Counted from the first letter of the stretch, positions 13,445-26,770 are shown. The stretch is 64,000 nt of DNA from Octopus sinensis (GCF_006345805.1 NC_043013.1:12834001-12898000), one strand, 5' to 3'. The notes: a model not told the origin generated them from the sequence alone. Numbers and translations are program-made.

Positions 13445-13610
13445 TAAATTAGAGATAAAACCACTATTAGGCAAATCAAACAGTGAAAATCATAAACCAA
13501 AACAGAAATAAATTTAATTAATATAATATACAAAATTTAAATTATTTAAATTAAAAGTTAAAAATTAAAAAATGTTTAAATTATTAATTTATACTTATAA
13601 ATTTATATAT
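13445..13610. repeat. AT-rich repeat shared with 25945-26020 (probable Penelope-associated pseudo-LTR)
   Basis: AAATTAGAGATAAAACCACTATTA...CATAAACCAAAACA is present at both loci. Confidence 0.5.
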
Positions 13611-13611
13611 A

Positions 13612-13771
13612 TAGGCGCAGGAGTGGCTGTGTGGTAAGTAGCTTGCTAACCAACCACATGGTTCGGGTTCAGTCCCACTGCGCAAGTGTCTTCTGCTATA
13701 GCCCCGGGCCGACCAATGCCTTGTGAGTGGATTTGGCAGACGGAAACTGAAAGAAGCCTGTCGTATATATG

Positions 13772-13802
<31 letters not shown>

Positions 13803-13865
13803 GTGTTTGTGTGTCTGTGTTTGTCCCCCTAGATTTCCTTGACAACCGATGGTGGTGTGTTTATG
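13612..13865 (+). mobile_element. tRNA-derived SINE, family A (3'-truncated)
   Basis: Head and body match the other copies. Confidence 0.85.
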
Positions 13866-14286
13866 TAAGTGGCTTGAGAGGTCTTTATAGAGACCACAAA
13901 ATAATTAATTAATTAAGTAAAGAAGAGGTATTAAATTAATTCTACATAATAGTAATCTTCTTTTAATATTTAAATTGATCTATATACACTTTTAGCTAAT
14001 TTAGCTATGATATCACATTCGTGAATTTTTTAAACTTTATTTTATTTTCATATAACATAACAATATTGTTTATAAACGTTCTCCCATTGAACCTCTAATG
14101 TTTTCCTCAATCTCATTATAGCATTTTAATGTCACCCCTACCCTACCTCTTTTATAGACAGCTACTTCTATCTAATTGACTCTTTCTAAAGTTTTGTTTC
14201 TTTTTTTCTTGAGGGTAAAGGGGTACCTGTGATAATATCTATGACCAGTAGCTAGCCATGAACTCACTTTTGCTCTTTATCCTAAA

Positions 14287-17076
14287 CTAGCAGAGATACC
14301 CGGCGTTGCCCGGTTACATTCAATAGAAGAATTAGACTTTTCTGTTATATATATATATATATGGATATATACACACACACACACACACACACAAATATAT
14401 GTATATTAATATAAATACATGAAAGTACATGAAGTTTGTTAAAAAAAAGGGGATCATGTATATACCTCCTGGCTGTTGAGATTATAACACCTCGTTGTAA
14501 ACAATGTTCCTTGTTTTTCCTTGTGGAGCATATACAAAAAGGTTTCTTTTGGTTCCTACTCTTGAGCTGCCAACATACAGTTGCCTATGCGAGAAGCAGG
14601 GCTCTTCCAAGAGAAGACCAGCTACAGAGAGGGTTTGAAACTGAGATTTGTTAATGGACATGGCAAAGCTGACACGAAGGGGGAATTGCAGTCTTCTGAA
14701 TGTAAATGGAATTTCTGCTCCTGATGGGGTAAGAGGAAATCTTGTAATAAAGGCGTCATCACCTTTTCCACATCCAGAAAGAATGATCGCCTCGATGACG
14801 TGTAATATCATTTTCTTTATCACCAGTCGTGTTCCATTTCAAAATCTTGGTGGTTCCAGATTGCGGAGTAGCATTACAGGAGTTCCAACTTTAAGTGGTA
14901 ATATGTGTGGAGGTAGTCGAGGAGGGCTCCAGTGAATTGAGAAATTCAGGAGGATAGTTCACAACTTCATTTATATCTGGAATTGTATCAACAGACTTGT
15001 AAGTGTGTATAGTGCCGGGAAGAGAATGCATTAGCTGTTGATTAATTTTTTTAACAGCGACGTTTTTTGGAGCTAATATTGCTCTTTCACACAGCCAATT
15101 GTGATTTTGGTAGTTTTGTGTGAAGTTGGGAAAGACTTTGTTTTTGAGGTCATCTACAGAATTAACAACAGAGAAAAATGACCACACTTCCATTTGTTCT
15201 GCAGCATCGAGAGGCATCTTGCCTTCACCAAGTGTCAAAATGTTCTGTGCAAACTTTGTGGACATTTTGTCGCCGTGTAGCTGAGCTCTCATGTTAGTGG
15301 TGAGACTAAAGATTGTAATATGATGCCACAGGGTAGAGGACTTTAGGCATGCTTGAACTTCATCAGCTTTAGTGCCTTTCGGAATGACAGGAAGAGTTTG
15401 CCTGAAATCACCTGACAACAGAAGCGTTACACCTCCCATTGGAGCCTGACAGTCTCGGATGTCTTTCAGGGCTCTATCTAATGCTTTCAAAGCTCCCTTG
15501 TGAGCCATAGTGCACTCATCCCAGACAATTACATAACACATTTTAAGTATTTGTCCCTGATCTGAGCTTTTGTTGATGTTGCATGAAGGCATTTCGGATG
15601 CTGCTAAATTGAGAGGGAGTTTAAAAGTTGAGTGTGCTGCCCTGTCACCGGGTAACAAAGTAGCTGCAATGCCAGAGGAGGCTACAGCTACTGCAATGTC
15701 CTGATGCTACCTAAATTCTGCAAGGAGAAGCTTTGTAATAAATGCTTTTCCTGTCCCTCCAGGAGCATCGAGGAAGAAGATTCGTCCTTCGCGTTGGCGT
15801 ACACTGTTAAGAATAGTTCTGTAGGCCTGCAGCTGGTCCGGAAGTAATTTAGGCTCATTTTCAACAATGTACTTTGAAAGCGCTTGAGTGTCGTAGGTTG
15901 TATATATGTATAATATCCACTGAGAAGGCTTTTGTTGTTCTGAAGCTACAGCAGAAGACACATGCCAAGTCACCACACAGTGGGACTGAACCCAGGACCA
16001 TGTGTTTGGAACGTAGTTTGTTACCACACAGCCACACCTGCCCCTATGTATGTGTGTGTGTGTGCGTATGTGTGTATGGGTAGATATATTATCCATGTAT
16101 ATATATGTATATATATGTGTGTACATATTACATGTACATCTATATATATACATCTACACATAAAATACAAAATACTAAGTTATATCTTGATATCGCTAGT
16201 GATAACAATACTCAAAATATATAACAGACTGGAATTGTAGGCCCGTCTCTTGTAATTTCGATCAATTGGATCTTGTCCTCCCTCTTGTATAGAAGTGTAC
16301 GGCTGCAGCGAAATTCATTATTGGACTTTCTTCTATCGAAGGCATTTAAACAAAAATCCTTCCGTAAAGACGGTGAAAATATTGTCAATTTCCCCAAACA
16401 GGGACACAATTCAATTTTTAAACAATAACCAAAGCTCCTTCTCCGAAAGGGGGAGGGTTACGGTTTACAATTATTTAACAAATGCAACACAACAACGTTT
16501 CCCTGACGAGGAACCAACAAACGTGATTACAATAGTTAAACAGTAATAATAACAACAAACCTTTTTAATTTATCCCCATTTATGTGAAACCACTTATTCA
16601 AGTTCAAGTCATTGATGCAATATTATACGAATTGCTAATACACACACACACATAATAAGGGTGAAAAATTGAATATTAATTTGATTAATATGAATTGAAA
16701 ACCAGTGGTGTAACATAATACCATAGCATATCTTCCTCTAGCAAAAACGATGACCACTATTAATGGCTCATCCCTATTATATAATAGTTTCACTTTAATA
16801 GTTTCACACCTGCAAAGAGAAAGTAGGAGAAAGTGTGGTGGTAATAGCAACAGTAAACCACTTGAAATGAGAGAGGCAAATCGTAAAATATTGAGTTTTC
16901 TTGAATTTTTACTTAATTGGGGGTCAAATTGAAAAAAACTTTACATGCCATGACCCAATCGAATCTACTTGGAAAAATCATAGGTAAATTCCAATTGAAG
17001 AAATTCTATATCGTAGAATTGTACTAAAAAGAAGCATGGGAACAGACAGAGAAAATCTGCCTTTTATCATAAGAGA
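14287..17076 (-). mobile_element. Internally deleted Helitron retaining the Pif1-like helicase
   Basis: Helicase motifs LDAPGGTGK, ASSGIAATLL, VWDECTM, GDFRQTLPV, RAILAPKN, RLQFPLR and INKSQ at 14482-15895, with a stop and frameshifts. 3' hairpin CCGGGCAACGCCGGG plus CTAG|T at 14287. Probable 5' end A|TC at 17076. Confidence 0.88.
15905..16045 (-). mobile_element. SINE family A head fragment inside the Helitron
   Basis: GGGCAGGTGTGGCTGTGTGGTAA...GGGTTCAGTCCCACTG. Confidence 0.75.
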
Positions 17077-17329
17077 TGTACACAGTCTTCTAGTCTTAGA
17101 TTTTAGTTGATGATAAAGAGATAGATAAACTGGAAGTAAATTATGACCATATGACCACCATTGTGTTCCATACTGTTCTTAGAAATTGTAGTCTGTTCTC
17201 TTAGCAATTCTTGCTACAATAGCGACAGCATGAATTTCTTCCATCCCCTTGCTCTGTTAAAATATCTAAGAAAAATTTTATTAATGTATATTGTCTGTTG
17301 AAGTTCTATATTTGTGCATAATAATAGCC

Positions 17330-17421
17330 AAAAAATTATTATTATTATTTGCTATTATTATTAATAGTGTTATTATTATTATTTTATTATTGTTGTTATT
17401 AACACGAACCGCGCCATTTCA

Positions 17422-17489
<68 letters not shown>

Positions 17490-17497
17490 CATCATTA

Positions 17498-17580
<83 letters not shown>

Positions 17581-17592
17581 GTTATTATTATT
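17330..17592. repeat. (TTA)n microsatellite
   Basis: Seen directly. Confidence 0.95.
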
Positions 17593-17869
17593 TATGTTTA
17601 TATCGTTTTTTTATTAATTATCTCCCAATATTTGTTTTTTTCCTTTTGCAAAATGTTTATTAGTTAAATTGAAAATAGTTTTTACTATGTTATTTTTATT
17701 TGCATATCGAAAGGGATTATTAACCATAAAGTATCTATCTCATTATTTTCCTTATAAAGGTTTCTTATATTATGTGTAAATTCTCTGTTATTCTTATTTT
17801 TATATTTAATAATATTCTTTTTGTTATAATTATTTCTATTATTACTAATGATTTTATTATTGTTATAAT

Positions 17870-18551
17870 CATTGTTGAGATGGATTTGTGTATCATGAAT
17901 ACAATGTTTCAACGAAAGAGTAAGTGTAAAACGACATGGATGCACCCTGGTTCTAAGAAATGGCACCTTGTAGATTACATACTCTCCAGAATACGAGATA
18001 CTAGGGACTTTGCTATTGTACCAGTGATATGTGGTATAGAGTGCTGGACTGATCATAGGCTTTTGCGTGCCAAGGTGAATTTTGCTCTCAAGCCTATGGT
18101 TAGAGCAAATAATGACAAGTTACCTAATCGGATTGATGTCAATAAATTTAAGACTCCATCAGTACGCAATGAGTTTGTGATGGGAGTTGTGATGGAATTT
18201 GTTCTGTGGTGGAAGCTGGAAGTCATTCAAAGAAAGAGTGTACAAGATTTGTAGTAACATTCTTGGGTTTGTTGCAAAAAAACACCAAGATTGGTTTGAC
18301 AATAATGATGAAGTTAGTTTTATCTTAGAGGAGAAGCAAAAGGCATTTAACATGTTGCAAAATATTGACCTGTCAGCAAACAGGACAGTGGCTACACACT
18401 TCAAGGCAGTAAAAGCAACAGTGCAGACGAAGCTGAGGATGATGCAGGAAAATTGATGGAGTGATAGATGCAATGAAATCCAAGAAGTTTCAAATGCTAA
18501 CAATTCCAAACTTTTTTACTCTCTCTCTCCTTTTCTCTCTCTCTCTCTCTC

Positions 18552-18586
<35 letters not shown>

Positions 18587-19460
18587 AAAAAGTTTCTGGA
18601 CCAGTGTCATCAAGGTTGCGCCGCTTCGAAGCAAGGATGGTACAGAATTATTAACAAATCCTAAAGATATTGTTGAGAGATGGAAAGAAGATTTTGACGA
18701 TTTGCTCAATAGACCCACTAAAGTTGACCTCTCTTTTCTTGATAATATATCTGAGAGACCAACAACACATCTTATAGCAGAAGTTCCAAACCTGGTTGAA
18801 ATAAAAGCAGCAATCAGGAAATTGAACAATAGAAATGCTCATGGCATGGATGGACTAGGTACAGAGATATCTAAATATGGTGGTGATCATCACTGTACAA
18901 TGTTGACGGATGTGATTCAGAGGGTTTGGCATAGTGAAGAAGTTCCTCCGGATTGGCGTGATGCAACTATGGAAACGATGTCTGTGATAATTATCGCGGC
19001 ATCTGTCTGTTAGCTGTTGCTGGAAAGGCCCTTTGTAGGGTATTGCTGGACAGATTGTTTCTGCACATTGCTGATGAGGTTCTACCAGAATCGCAATGTG
19101 AGTTTAGGGATAGTAGGAGTACTATGGATATGATATTTTTAGCAAGAGAAGTGCATCGAACAGGATATGGACTTATACCTGATTTTCAATGATCTAAGAA
19201 AAGCGTTTGATTCTATCAATGGAATTGCACTTTCGGAGATCCTGAAAAAGCTAGGATTCCCTGAAAAATTTGTAAGAATGCTTAGACAATTACATGACAA
19301 TATGAAAGTGAGAGCTAATGTTGGAGGTACCTTATCAGATCCAATTTCTCTAGAAAATGGTGTAAAACAAGGTGATATTCCTGCTCCGACATTGTTTGCT
19401 ATGTATTTTGCAATAGTCTTTCAAATAGCTTTTGAAGATTGCACTGAAGTGATCTATATA
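17870..19460 (+). mobile_element. RTE (BovB-like) LINE: endonuclease C-terminus and RT, decayed
   Basis: TWMHPGSKKWHLVDY, CWTDHRL, HQDWFD, NYRGICL, LPESQ, DLRKAFDS and GVKQGDIPAPTLF, with stops and a (CT)n insertion. Confidence 0.9.
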
Positions 19461-19464
19461 ATAT

Positions 19465-20677
19465 ATAGTTGGAGCATATGCACTAATGAGTGTTGCATAG
19501 CGACCTTTTCTTAATGGAGGTCTTGAAGACATCAAACGATCAGAATTATCACAAGGTTTGAAACCAAAGTGGTTTTGATAGTAAATCCCACTCTTGATTC
19601 TCTCTTATAGGTCTCCTCTCTACTGCTCCAAAATAAATGATACACAGCAGATTTCTCTACCAAACCCCACTTTCCATGAATTTTTGTTTCGGCTAACTCT
19701 ACGACATTCATGTCGCTGTAACTCTTTTTCAACAAGCGCGGATCTCCTCTCCGGACGAGATTTCAGACAATCATTGTCTAACATTCGAACATTCCAACAT
19801 CCTATATTCATAGGCTTGCATCTTCACCTGAATTTACTCACAGTTGCAAGATGACGACCAGACCCAGGTTGCCGTGCCCTGGGACACCTGCCGGGCAAAA
19901 CCACAAAACAAAATGTTCCAGATCCCTTTTTGTCATTTGCTTCAGTATCAATATGAACTTTCATTGTTTAGTTGTGCCTTTTTAAGTTTTGGCCAACCAT
20001 GTACATACAAGATGTTCATTTTCTTTTCCTCTCCAGCAATACCTGTGCCTGACACATTTTAAAATGAGGAAGAGTGTTGCACAGCAACCATTCCCTCTCT
20101 CTAAACTACAATGCATGAGCCAAATAATAAGTCGACATAATTGGGTGCATTTGCAGTCGCAGATTTTATATCCGAGTGTCCTTCTCTGAATCTTTGCTCA
20201 GCCAAATGCTAACTACAAGACAGCAGTGAAGTATTTAAATTCAGAGTTACTTTCTCCTAGATAGACTACCTTCGCGACGACTTGGGTAAGCAGAGGAACC
20301 CTATCCAACCTTCATCTATTTATTTAAGAAACAAAAAATAAAATTAAGAATAAAATTGACATACAATATATACAATGTAAAACACAATATGCAATATGCA
20401 CACAAACAGCTTGAAATACAATATATACAGTACATACAGATAGGCACACAGTTTTTAAATGCAATATTTACAATACATACACACAAACTTAAACACTCCA
20501 CACGCACCACCACAAACATACGTTGTTGAATGGCCGTTGACTACGCTGTAGTTCCTCCGCCCTTTGACATGTCTTATTTTCTGTCCCGCAGGGCATCCAG
20601 CAAATACCCACCTCACCAAGCAAGCCATTGTGGGGTTACCGGTTTAATCGCCGACAACCCGACCATATAACAGGTTG
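19465..20677 (-). mobile_element. RTE LINE 5' part (leader, UTR, endonuclease N-terminus), inverted relative to the RT part
   Basis: MNIGCWNVR, RPERRSALV, LAETK, RESRVGF and ATLISAYAPT. The leader at 20505-20677 is homologous to 38430-38595. Confidence 0.8.
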
Positions 20678-22745
20678 TACTACCGAAAGGTGTTTGATAG
20701 CATTCCCCACTCATGTATCCTAGAAACACTAGCCATGAACAAGGTGGCACTAATAATCATAAAATGTATAACATATTCCATAAATAAATGGCAGACCTTG
20801 CTACAGCTCCAAACAAAAGAGGGATTCATAAAAACCAAAGCCATCCCCATTAGAAGAGGAATATTCCAGGGAGACACGCTCTCTCCACTCCTTATATGTT
20901 TCACACTGACACCTTTATCTGACAGAACTGAAAGCGGATACAACTGTTACGGCAAAACAATCAGCCACCTCTTATATATGGATGACCTAAAACTGTAGAC
21001 TACAAATGATAAACACCTGGAATCATTACTACAGACAGTACATGGATTTACCAAACAAATAAATATGAAATTTGGCTTAGAAAAATGTGCCAAAGCAACC
21101 TTGAAAAGATGGGATCTACTTAAGAGTAGCATCATCACACTAGATAAAGCGAATGAAATAAGAGAATTAGACCAAAGTTAGACATACAAATATTTAGGAA
21201 TCAATGAATTAGATACGATACAACACACACAAATGAAGAAGAAAATAAAAAAAGAATACTATATAGGAGTTAGATTAATACTGAAAACAGAGCTCAATGC
21301 GAGAAACAAGATATTAAGTATCAACACTCTAAACGTCCCAGTTACAGCTACAATATCCTTAACTGGACACTAAATGAACTAACCAAAATAGAGAGGTAAG
21401 CAAGAAAAATGATGGCAGGCTCTAGGATGCACCACCCACAATCTGACATAGGAAGGCTATATGTACAACATATAGAAGGTGGTAGAGGCCTTATACAGCT
21501 AGAAAACTATTACAAATTAACCACCATATGACTGTAAATATATCTACTTCTGAAGCAAAGAAAACTAATACATATAGCCACAAAACACGAACAAAACAAA
21601 AACCTGTTTTCAGACATTAAGGAAACTGACAAATACAAACAAGAAGTCATACTGCCTAACAACTATGAAGAAGAAAAAGAAGAAACAACAAAAGCTTTAA
21701 AACAAATGAAATCCAAACTCAAACTGGAGCAGCAACGGACCATGATAAAACGATGGCAAGAAAAGCCCCTTCATGGCAAATACTGGGCTAAACTAAACGC
21801 AAAAGAAATAGACAAAACAAAATCCCAGCAATGGCTGAGAAGCTCAGAACTCAAAGCAGAGACTGGAGGATTTTTAATTGCAGCACCAGACAAAAGCCTC
21901 CCCATAAGAAATTACCAAAAACATATAGTGAAAAGAAACAGCAAATAACTGCAGAACATGTGGAGATGGGCAAGAACCAATAAATCATATTGTGTTGGCT
22001 GCCCAGTCCTGGCTAAGAGGGAATATATTCACGCAATGGAATAACAACAGAAAAAAGATGGTATAGGCACACGCCAGAAGAGGTCACCGAAAATGAGAAA
22101 GCAACTACACTATGGGATGTTCCAATACACACAGTAAGGGAAATTAAGGCCAATAGGCCAGATATAGTTGTCCGAGATCATGAAGTAAAAATATTCTTTC
22201 TAATTTATGTATCAATACTAAAAGATGACAACGTTTCTCTAAAGGAAATGGAGAAACTTTCAAAATACAAAGACCTGGAAATACAGGTAAGTCCAATGTG
22301 GAGTCTAAAAACAGAAACAATTCGTCTCATAGTGGGCGCATTAGATATGATAAAAAAATATATAACAAAAACACCAGGACTAACAATATATATATATTTC
22401 TTTATTGCCCACAATGGGCGAAACATAGAGGGGACAAACAAGGACAGACAAAGGGATTAAGTCGTTTACATCGACCCCAGTGCGTAACTGGTACTTAATT
22501 TATCGACCCCGAAAGGATGCAAGGCAAAGTCGACCTCGGCGGAATTTGAACTCAACGTAAGGACAGACGAAATACGGCTACGCATTTCGCCCGGCAAGCT
22601 AACGTTTCTGCCAGCTCGCCGCCTTAGCATACAGAAAATAGCACTACTAGGCACTGCCACATCCTACATAAAATACTTTCAATACAGTAACTAAAAGAGC
22701 AACACAGCAGACCACAGCATATACCCAAGGCACACAGAGCTGTGC
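20678..22745 (+). mobile_element. R4/Dong-like LINE (RT, zinc knuckle, restriction-like endonuclease), 5'-truncated and decayed
   Basis: RGIFQGDTLSPLL, HLLYMDDLKL, GGRGL, CxxC..NHIV..CP, NRPDIVVRD and KLSKYKDLE. Confidence 0.88.
22395..22625 (-). mobile_element. tRNA-derived SINE, family B (Nin/Deu-domain-like core)
   Basis: GGCGGCGAGCTGGCAGAAAC...GAGTTCAAATTCCGCC...CATCCTTTCGGGGTCGATAAA. A second copy is at 53750-53970. Confidence 0.8.
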
Positions 22746-22749
22746 TTCT

Positions 22750-23262
22750 GATCTTAACTGATTGGAAGTGTTATCATGTACATTGTTTTGTTTTGGTATA
22801 AAAGATGGGCTACAGCAAATATTCTGTTCAATACCACAGATTTGCTTGTGAGTTGTTTCACCTTAACCATATGACCATGTCTCTTAGTGGCTGACGATAT
22901 GTGCATCTCTGATCACGAGCAGAAGTAGTGGGGGAGCATCATAGCCATGTGTTGAAAGGAATTCTTAGCGGTTTGAAAACTTCACCCTTGGAAACATGAG
23001 TGTTTAGTTCAACATCCTTAAACAACCCTTATTCAGGGACCCTTTGAACAGGACGGGCTACTTGGCCCGAAGAAAGTTCTAACTGGACCCCACCTGCAAG
23101 GTCATGTGCTGTTTATCTTGATATGAAATCATGTCGCGAACATATGGTTGTATTGCATGTGCCTGGTGCACCCTTATCAGACGGGTAGTCATGATGGGTA
23201 TATTGGGCTTCGTATATTTTACCCCATTGTCACTTTGATGGCATGCACTGCTCTCTCACTCA
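22750..23262 (+). mobile_element. About 500-bp repeat ending in (AAT)n, probably the 3' UTR of a Dong-like LINE
   Basis: Closely similar copies at 24155-24632 and, inverted and partial, at 52185-52350. It ends ...CTCTCTCACTC-(AAT)n. Confidence 0.7.
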
Positions 23263-23339
23263 ATAATAATAATAATAATGATAACAACAACAACAACAGC
23301 AGCAGCAGCAGCAACAACAACAACAACAGCAACAACAAC

Positions 23340-23399
<60 letters not shown>

Positions 23400-23400
<1 letters not shown>

Positions 23401-24100
23401 CAGAGTATCTCAACAGGTTTGATAGAGAGCACAATATGTTTACTAGGTAATTTGCAAAAACCTGGACTTGCCCCATCATAGAAACTGGTGAGAACACAAA
23501 CCACCTCCACTGCTTGAAAATGATCTCATCTCAGTCCTCTCGACCTCTCGAATTTTACCGTTCAAACTGACCAGAAAGATACATGCGAATAGGCCAGACA
23601 TTACATTGAAAGACTTCAGACAAAAATCATGCCTCTTCATTGACTGTCTCAATTGATATAAAGGTATCTGTCAAGACCTACCAAGAACTGAGCAAGTATA
23701 AAGATCTTGAAACAGAAATTGGCAAAATGTGGAACCTGAAGACTAAAACAATTCTTGTTGTCATAGGTGCCCTAGGAATGATGGCAGAAGGGGCTGATTG
23801 CTACCTATCACAGATACCAGGAAACATCAAAATGGCAAATAATCAAAAGATAGTGCCCGTGAGAACTGCCCATATCCTGCGTAATATACTGTCTATGTAA
23901 TCTCATGTTTTAAAACAAACACACACTTTTCTTATTATTTCTTAAGCATTCTCTAGAACAATACTATGTGCAAAACCAAATATATGACACCCTAGGCATA
24001 ACATCAAAATGAACTTTAACTTGTTGTCTCTTGAGATCTCTGCGTGAGACTTGCAGTCAACTTGCATAAATAATAAGCAAAACTCAAAATATGATTAATA
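23400..24100 (+). mobile_element. R4/Dong-like LINE 3' end
   Basis: LSKYKDLETEIGKMWNLKTKTILVVIGALG...AHILRNILSM*. The 3' UTR matches 50850-51010 in reverse, and (AAT)n flanks the fragment. Confidence 0.8.
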
Positions 24101-24103
24101 ATA

Positions 24104-24141
<38 letters not shown>

Positions 24142-24154
24142 AATGATAATAATA

Positions 24155-24631
24155 TTGTATTGGTATAAAAGATGGGCTACAGCAAATATTCTGCTCAATA
24201 CCACTGATTTGCTTGTCAGTTGTTTGACCTTAACCCGTTGACCATCTCCCTTAGTGGCTGACGATATGTGCATCTCTGACCACGAGCAGAAGTATTGGGG
24301 GAGCATCATAGCCATGTGTTAAAAGGAATTCTTAGCGGTTTGGATAATTCACCTCTGGAAACATGGGTGTTTCGTTCAACATCCTTAAACAACCCTTATT
24401 CAGGGACCTTTTGAGCAGGATGGGCTACTCAACCAGAAGAAAATTCTAACTGGGCCCCACCTGCAAGGTCATGTGCTGATTATCTTGATATGAGATCACC
24501 ACGTCACACACATATGGTTGTGATGGATGTACCTGGTGTACCTTTATCATACGAGTAGTCATGATGGGTCTATTGGGCTTCGTATATTTTACCCCAGTGT
24601 CACTTTGATGGCATGCACTGCTCTCTCACTC

Positions 24632-24632
<1 letters not shown>
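24155..24632 (+). mobile_element. Second copy of the (AAT)n-terminated repeat
   Basis: Aligns by eye to 22790-23262. Confidence 0.75.
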
Positions 24633-24713
<81 letters not shown>

Positions 24714-24776
24714 TTCCTTCTATAGACACACGGTCTAGTCGATTACATCGACACCAGTGTGTCACTGGTACATTTT

Positions 24777-24808
<32 letters not shown>

Positions 24809-25140
24809 TAGCGGCAGCAGTGATGGTGGTGGTGGTTTTAGTAGTAGTGGTAATAGTAGTAGTAGTAGTAGTATTAGTAGTAGTAGTAGTACTTTTTTGC
24901 TGCTGTTTCCGTTGTTTTGTTTTATTAATTATGCGGTAATCCACCACCACCACCCCTACCGGCCTTATCCTTGTCTTCATCCTCATCATCATCACCATCA
25001 TCATCACCACCACCACCAACACAATCCCCATCATCTTCATCGTACCTGCCTGAATCACCAGCGTCTTCATAGTAGTTAAGAAACTGCTGTAGCTGTTCCT
25101 ACTACTATAACTACCACTACAACTAATGATGATGATGAGG
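24632..25140. repeat. Compound trinucleotide microsatellites (AAT, CAG, TAG, CAT/CAC)
   Basis: Seen directly. Confidence 0.85.
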
Positions 25141-25589
25141 CCCTCCTCCCCACCAGTGATGCAATACAAATATGCTTAAGATCAATATAAAACAGACGGC
25201 GATGTCAAGAAAATATATTTATACATTTTCTTCTCAGACACTCAACACTCAACGATTCGCTCTGCAGTTTCAAGACTTTCAACATTTCAAAATGCTCAAA
25301 CTATTTCGCAGGTTGTCTCTCATTTTTGGTAAGCTAAATATTCTTACATTTCTCTCCACGCATTTCCAGTTTTCTTTTAAAATCAAACTCAATGGCAGTT
25401 TTAATGTGTTCCATGATAATATTTAGTGATTGTGTATAAATACGATGTTTTCTCTATAAAACGATTGTGTAGAAAACTAGCGCTACACGAAGGAATTTCA
25501 CAATCATTTCCAAAATGATAAAATTGTTGGAAACCTGTAAGAAACCGCAAAAATATGGAATTTCTTTGGAAATTATTTCTTCTTTTATC

Positions 25590-25796
25590 TTTTACTTGTT
25601 TCATTCATTAGAGTGCGGCCATGCTGGGGCACCGCCTTAGAGAACTTTAGTCGAATGAATTTGCCCCAGTCCTTATTGTTTTATAAGCCTGGTACTTATT
25701 GTATCGGTTCCTTAGTGACGGACTGCAATGTTACAGGCACATAAATATGCCAATACTGCTTATCACATAGCGATGAGGGACAAACAGACACACACA

Positions 25797-25800
<4 letters not shown>
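25590..25800 (-). mobile_element. Old SINE family A 3' half
   Basis: Diverged TGCGGCCATGCTGGGGCACCGCC...GGTACTTATT. Confidence 0.65.
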
Positions 25801-25852
<52 letters not shown>

Positions 25853-25859
25853 CATAATA

Positions 25860-26770
25860 ATATTAGGTAGTATAACTCCAAACTTACAGGGAAAAATTCA
25901 ATTTAGTATTAAATCAAATTTCACAATATAAATATATAAAATATAAAATTAGAGATAAAACCACTATTATGCAATTCAAACTATGATAGGCATAAACCAA
26001 AACATAAATAACATATAGAATATATTTTTATAAAACATATAACTAGATCACAAAAGTATAAATATGAATGATCAATATATAATAAGTAAAAAAACTACGT
26101 TTCATGGCTATAATTACATTCGAATTACAATTAAATTTAAGTTTAATTGAAATGAATTCAATTTAAAATTATAGTCAATCTTCAGGTTAAGAATAATTGT
26201 TAAATAAATAAGAAAATAGAGTTAAACAATATTTATTTTAAAAAATAAATAAAATAATAATTTTCTTATTAAAGAAACTCCCTTAACTAAATTTGAAACT
26301 TAAAACATAAGGATTAGTTTCTTACAATACATTTATTATGTTAAATATTTAAGGTAAAAAAATAGAGTGAATAGATAGAAAAATGAATTTATATGTGGAG
26401 ATATAATTTAGCTTTAAGAAAACATTAATAGATACAGAATATCTTTAACCTAGTTATACTCCAACATTTAATTACTAAACTATTTAACAAAACAACCACT
26501 ATTAATATTTTTAGATTTTAGTTCGCATATAATAATTATAAAATAATAAATAATAAATACATAAAAATAAGTATATATAATTTCTTTTGCACGGTTCTTG
26601 ATGTGAATTCGTTTGTTGAAACAGATATTGTTGTATTTGGGGATGGTCATGTTGTCAGTTTAGCCAATGAAAATAAACGCACTATATATTTGGTGCTCAC
26701 TTACAATTAGCTTTATTTCATATTAATCATATTTCGGAGAGAATTCTTTCGTCACACTTCTGTCACCTCA
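25860..26770 (-). mobile_element. AT-rich Penelope-like pseudo-LTR region
   Basis: Contains a hammerhead with an intact core and shares a segment with 13445-13610. Confidence 0.5.
26093..26188 (-). ncRNA. Type-I hammerhead ribozyme with a stem II hairpin of about 75 nt
   Basis: AAC-CTGAAGA-T-TGACTATAATT...CAATTAAA/TTTAATTG...AATTATAGCCA-T-GAAAC-GTA-GTT. Intact core; stem I AAC/GTT. Confidence 0.65.

Noticed and set aside
14482-15895. Host PIF1 helicase gene
   Set aside because: It is intronless, disrupted and bounded by a Helitron hairpin-CTAG terminus.
16495-16530. CTGACGA hammerhead-like core
   Set aside because: No paired stem II and no correctly placed GAAA.
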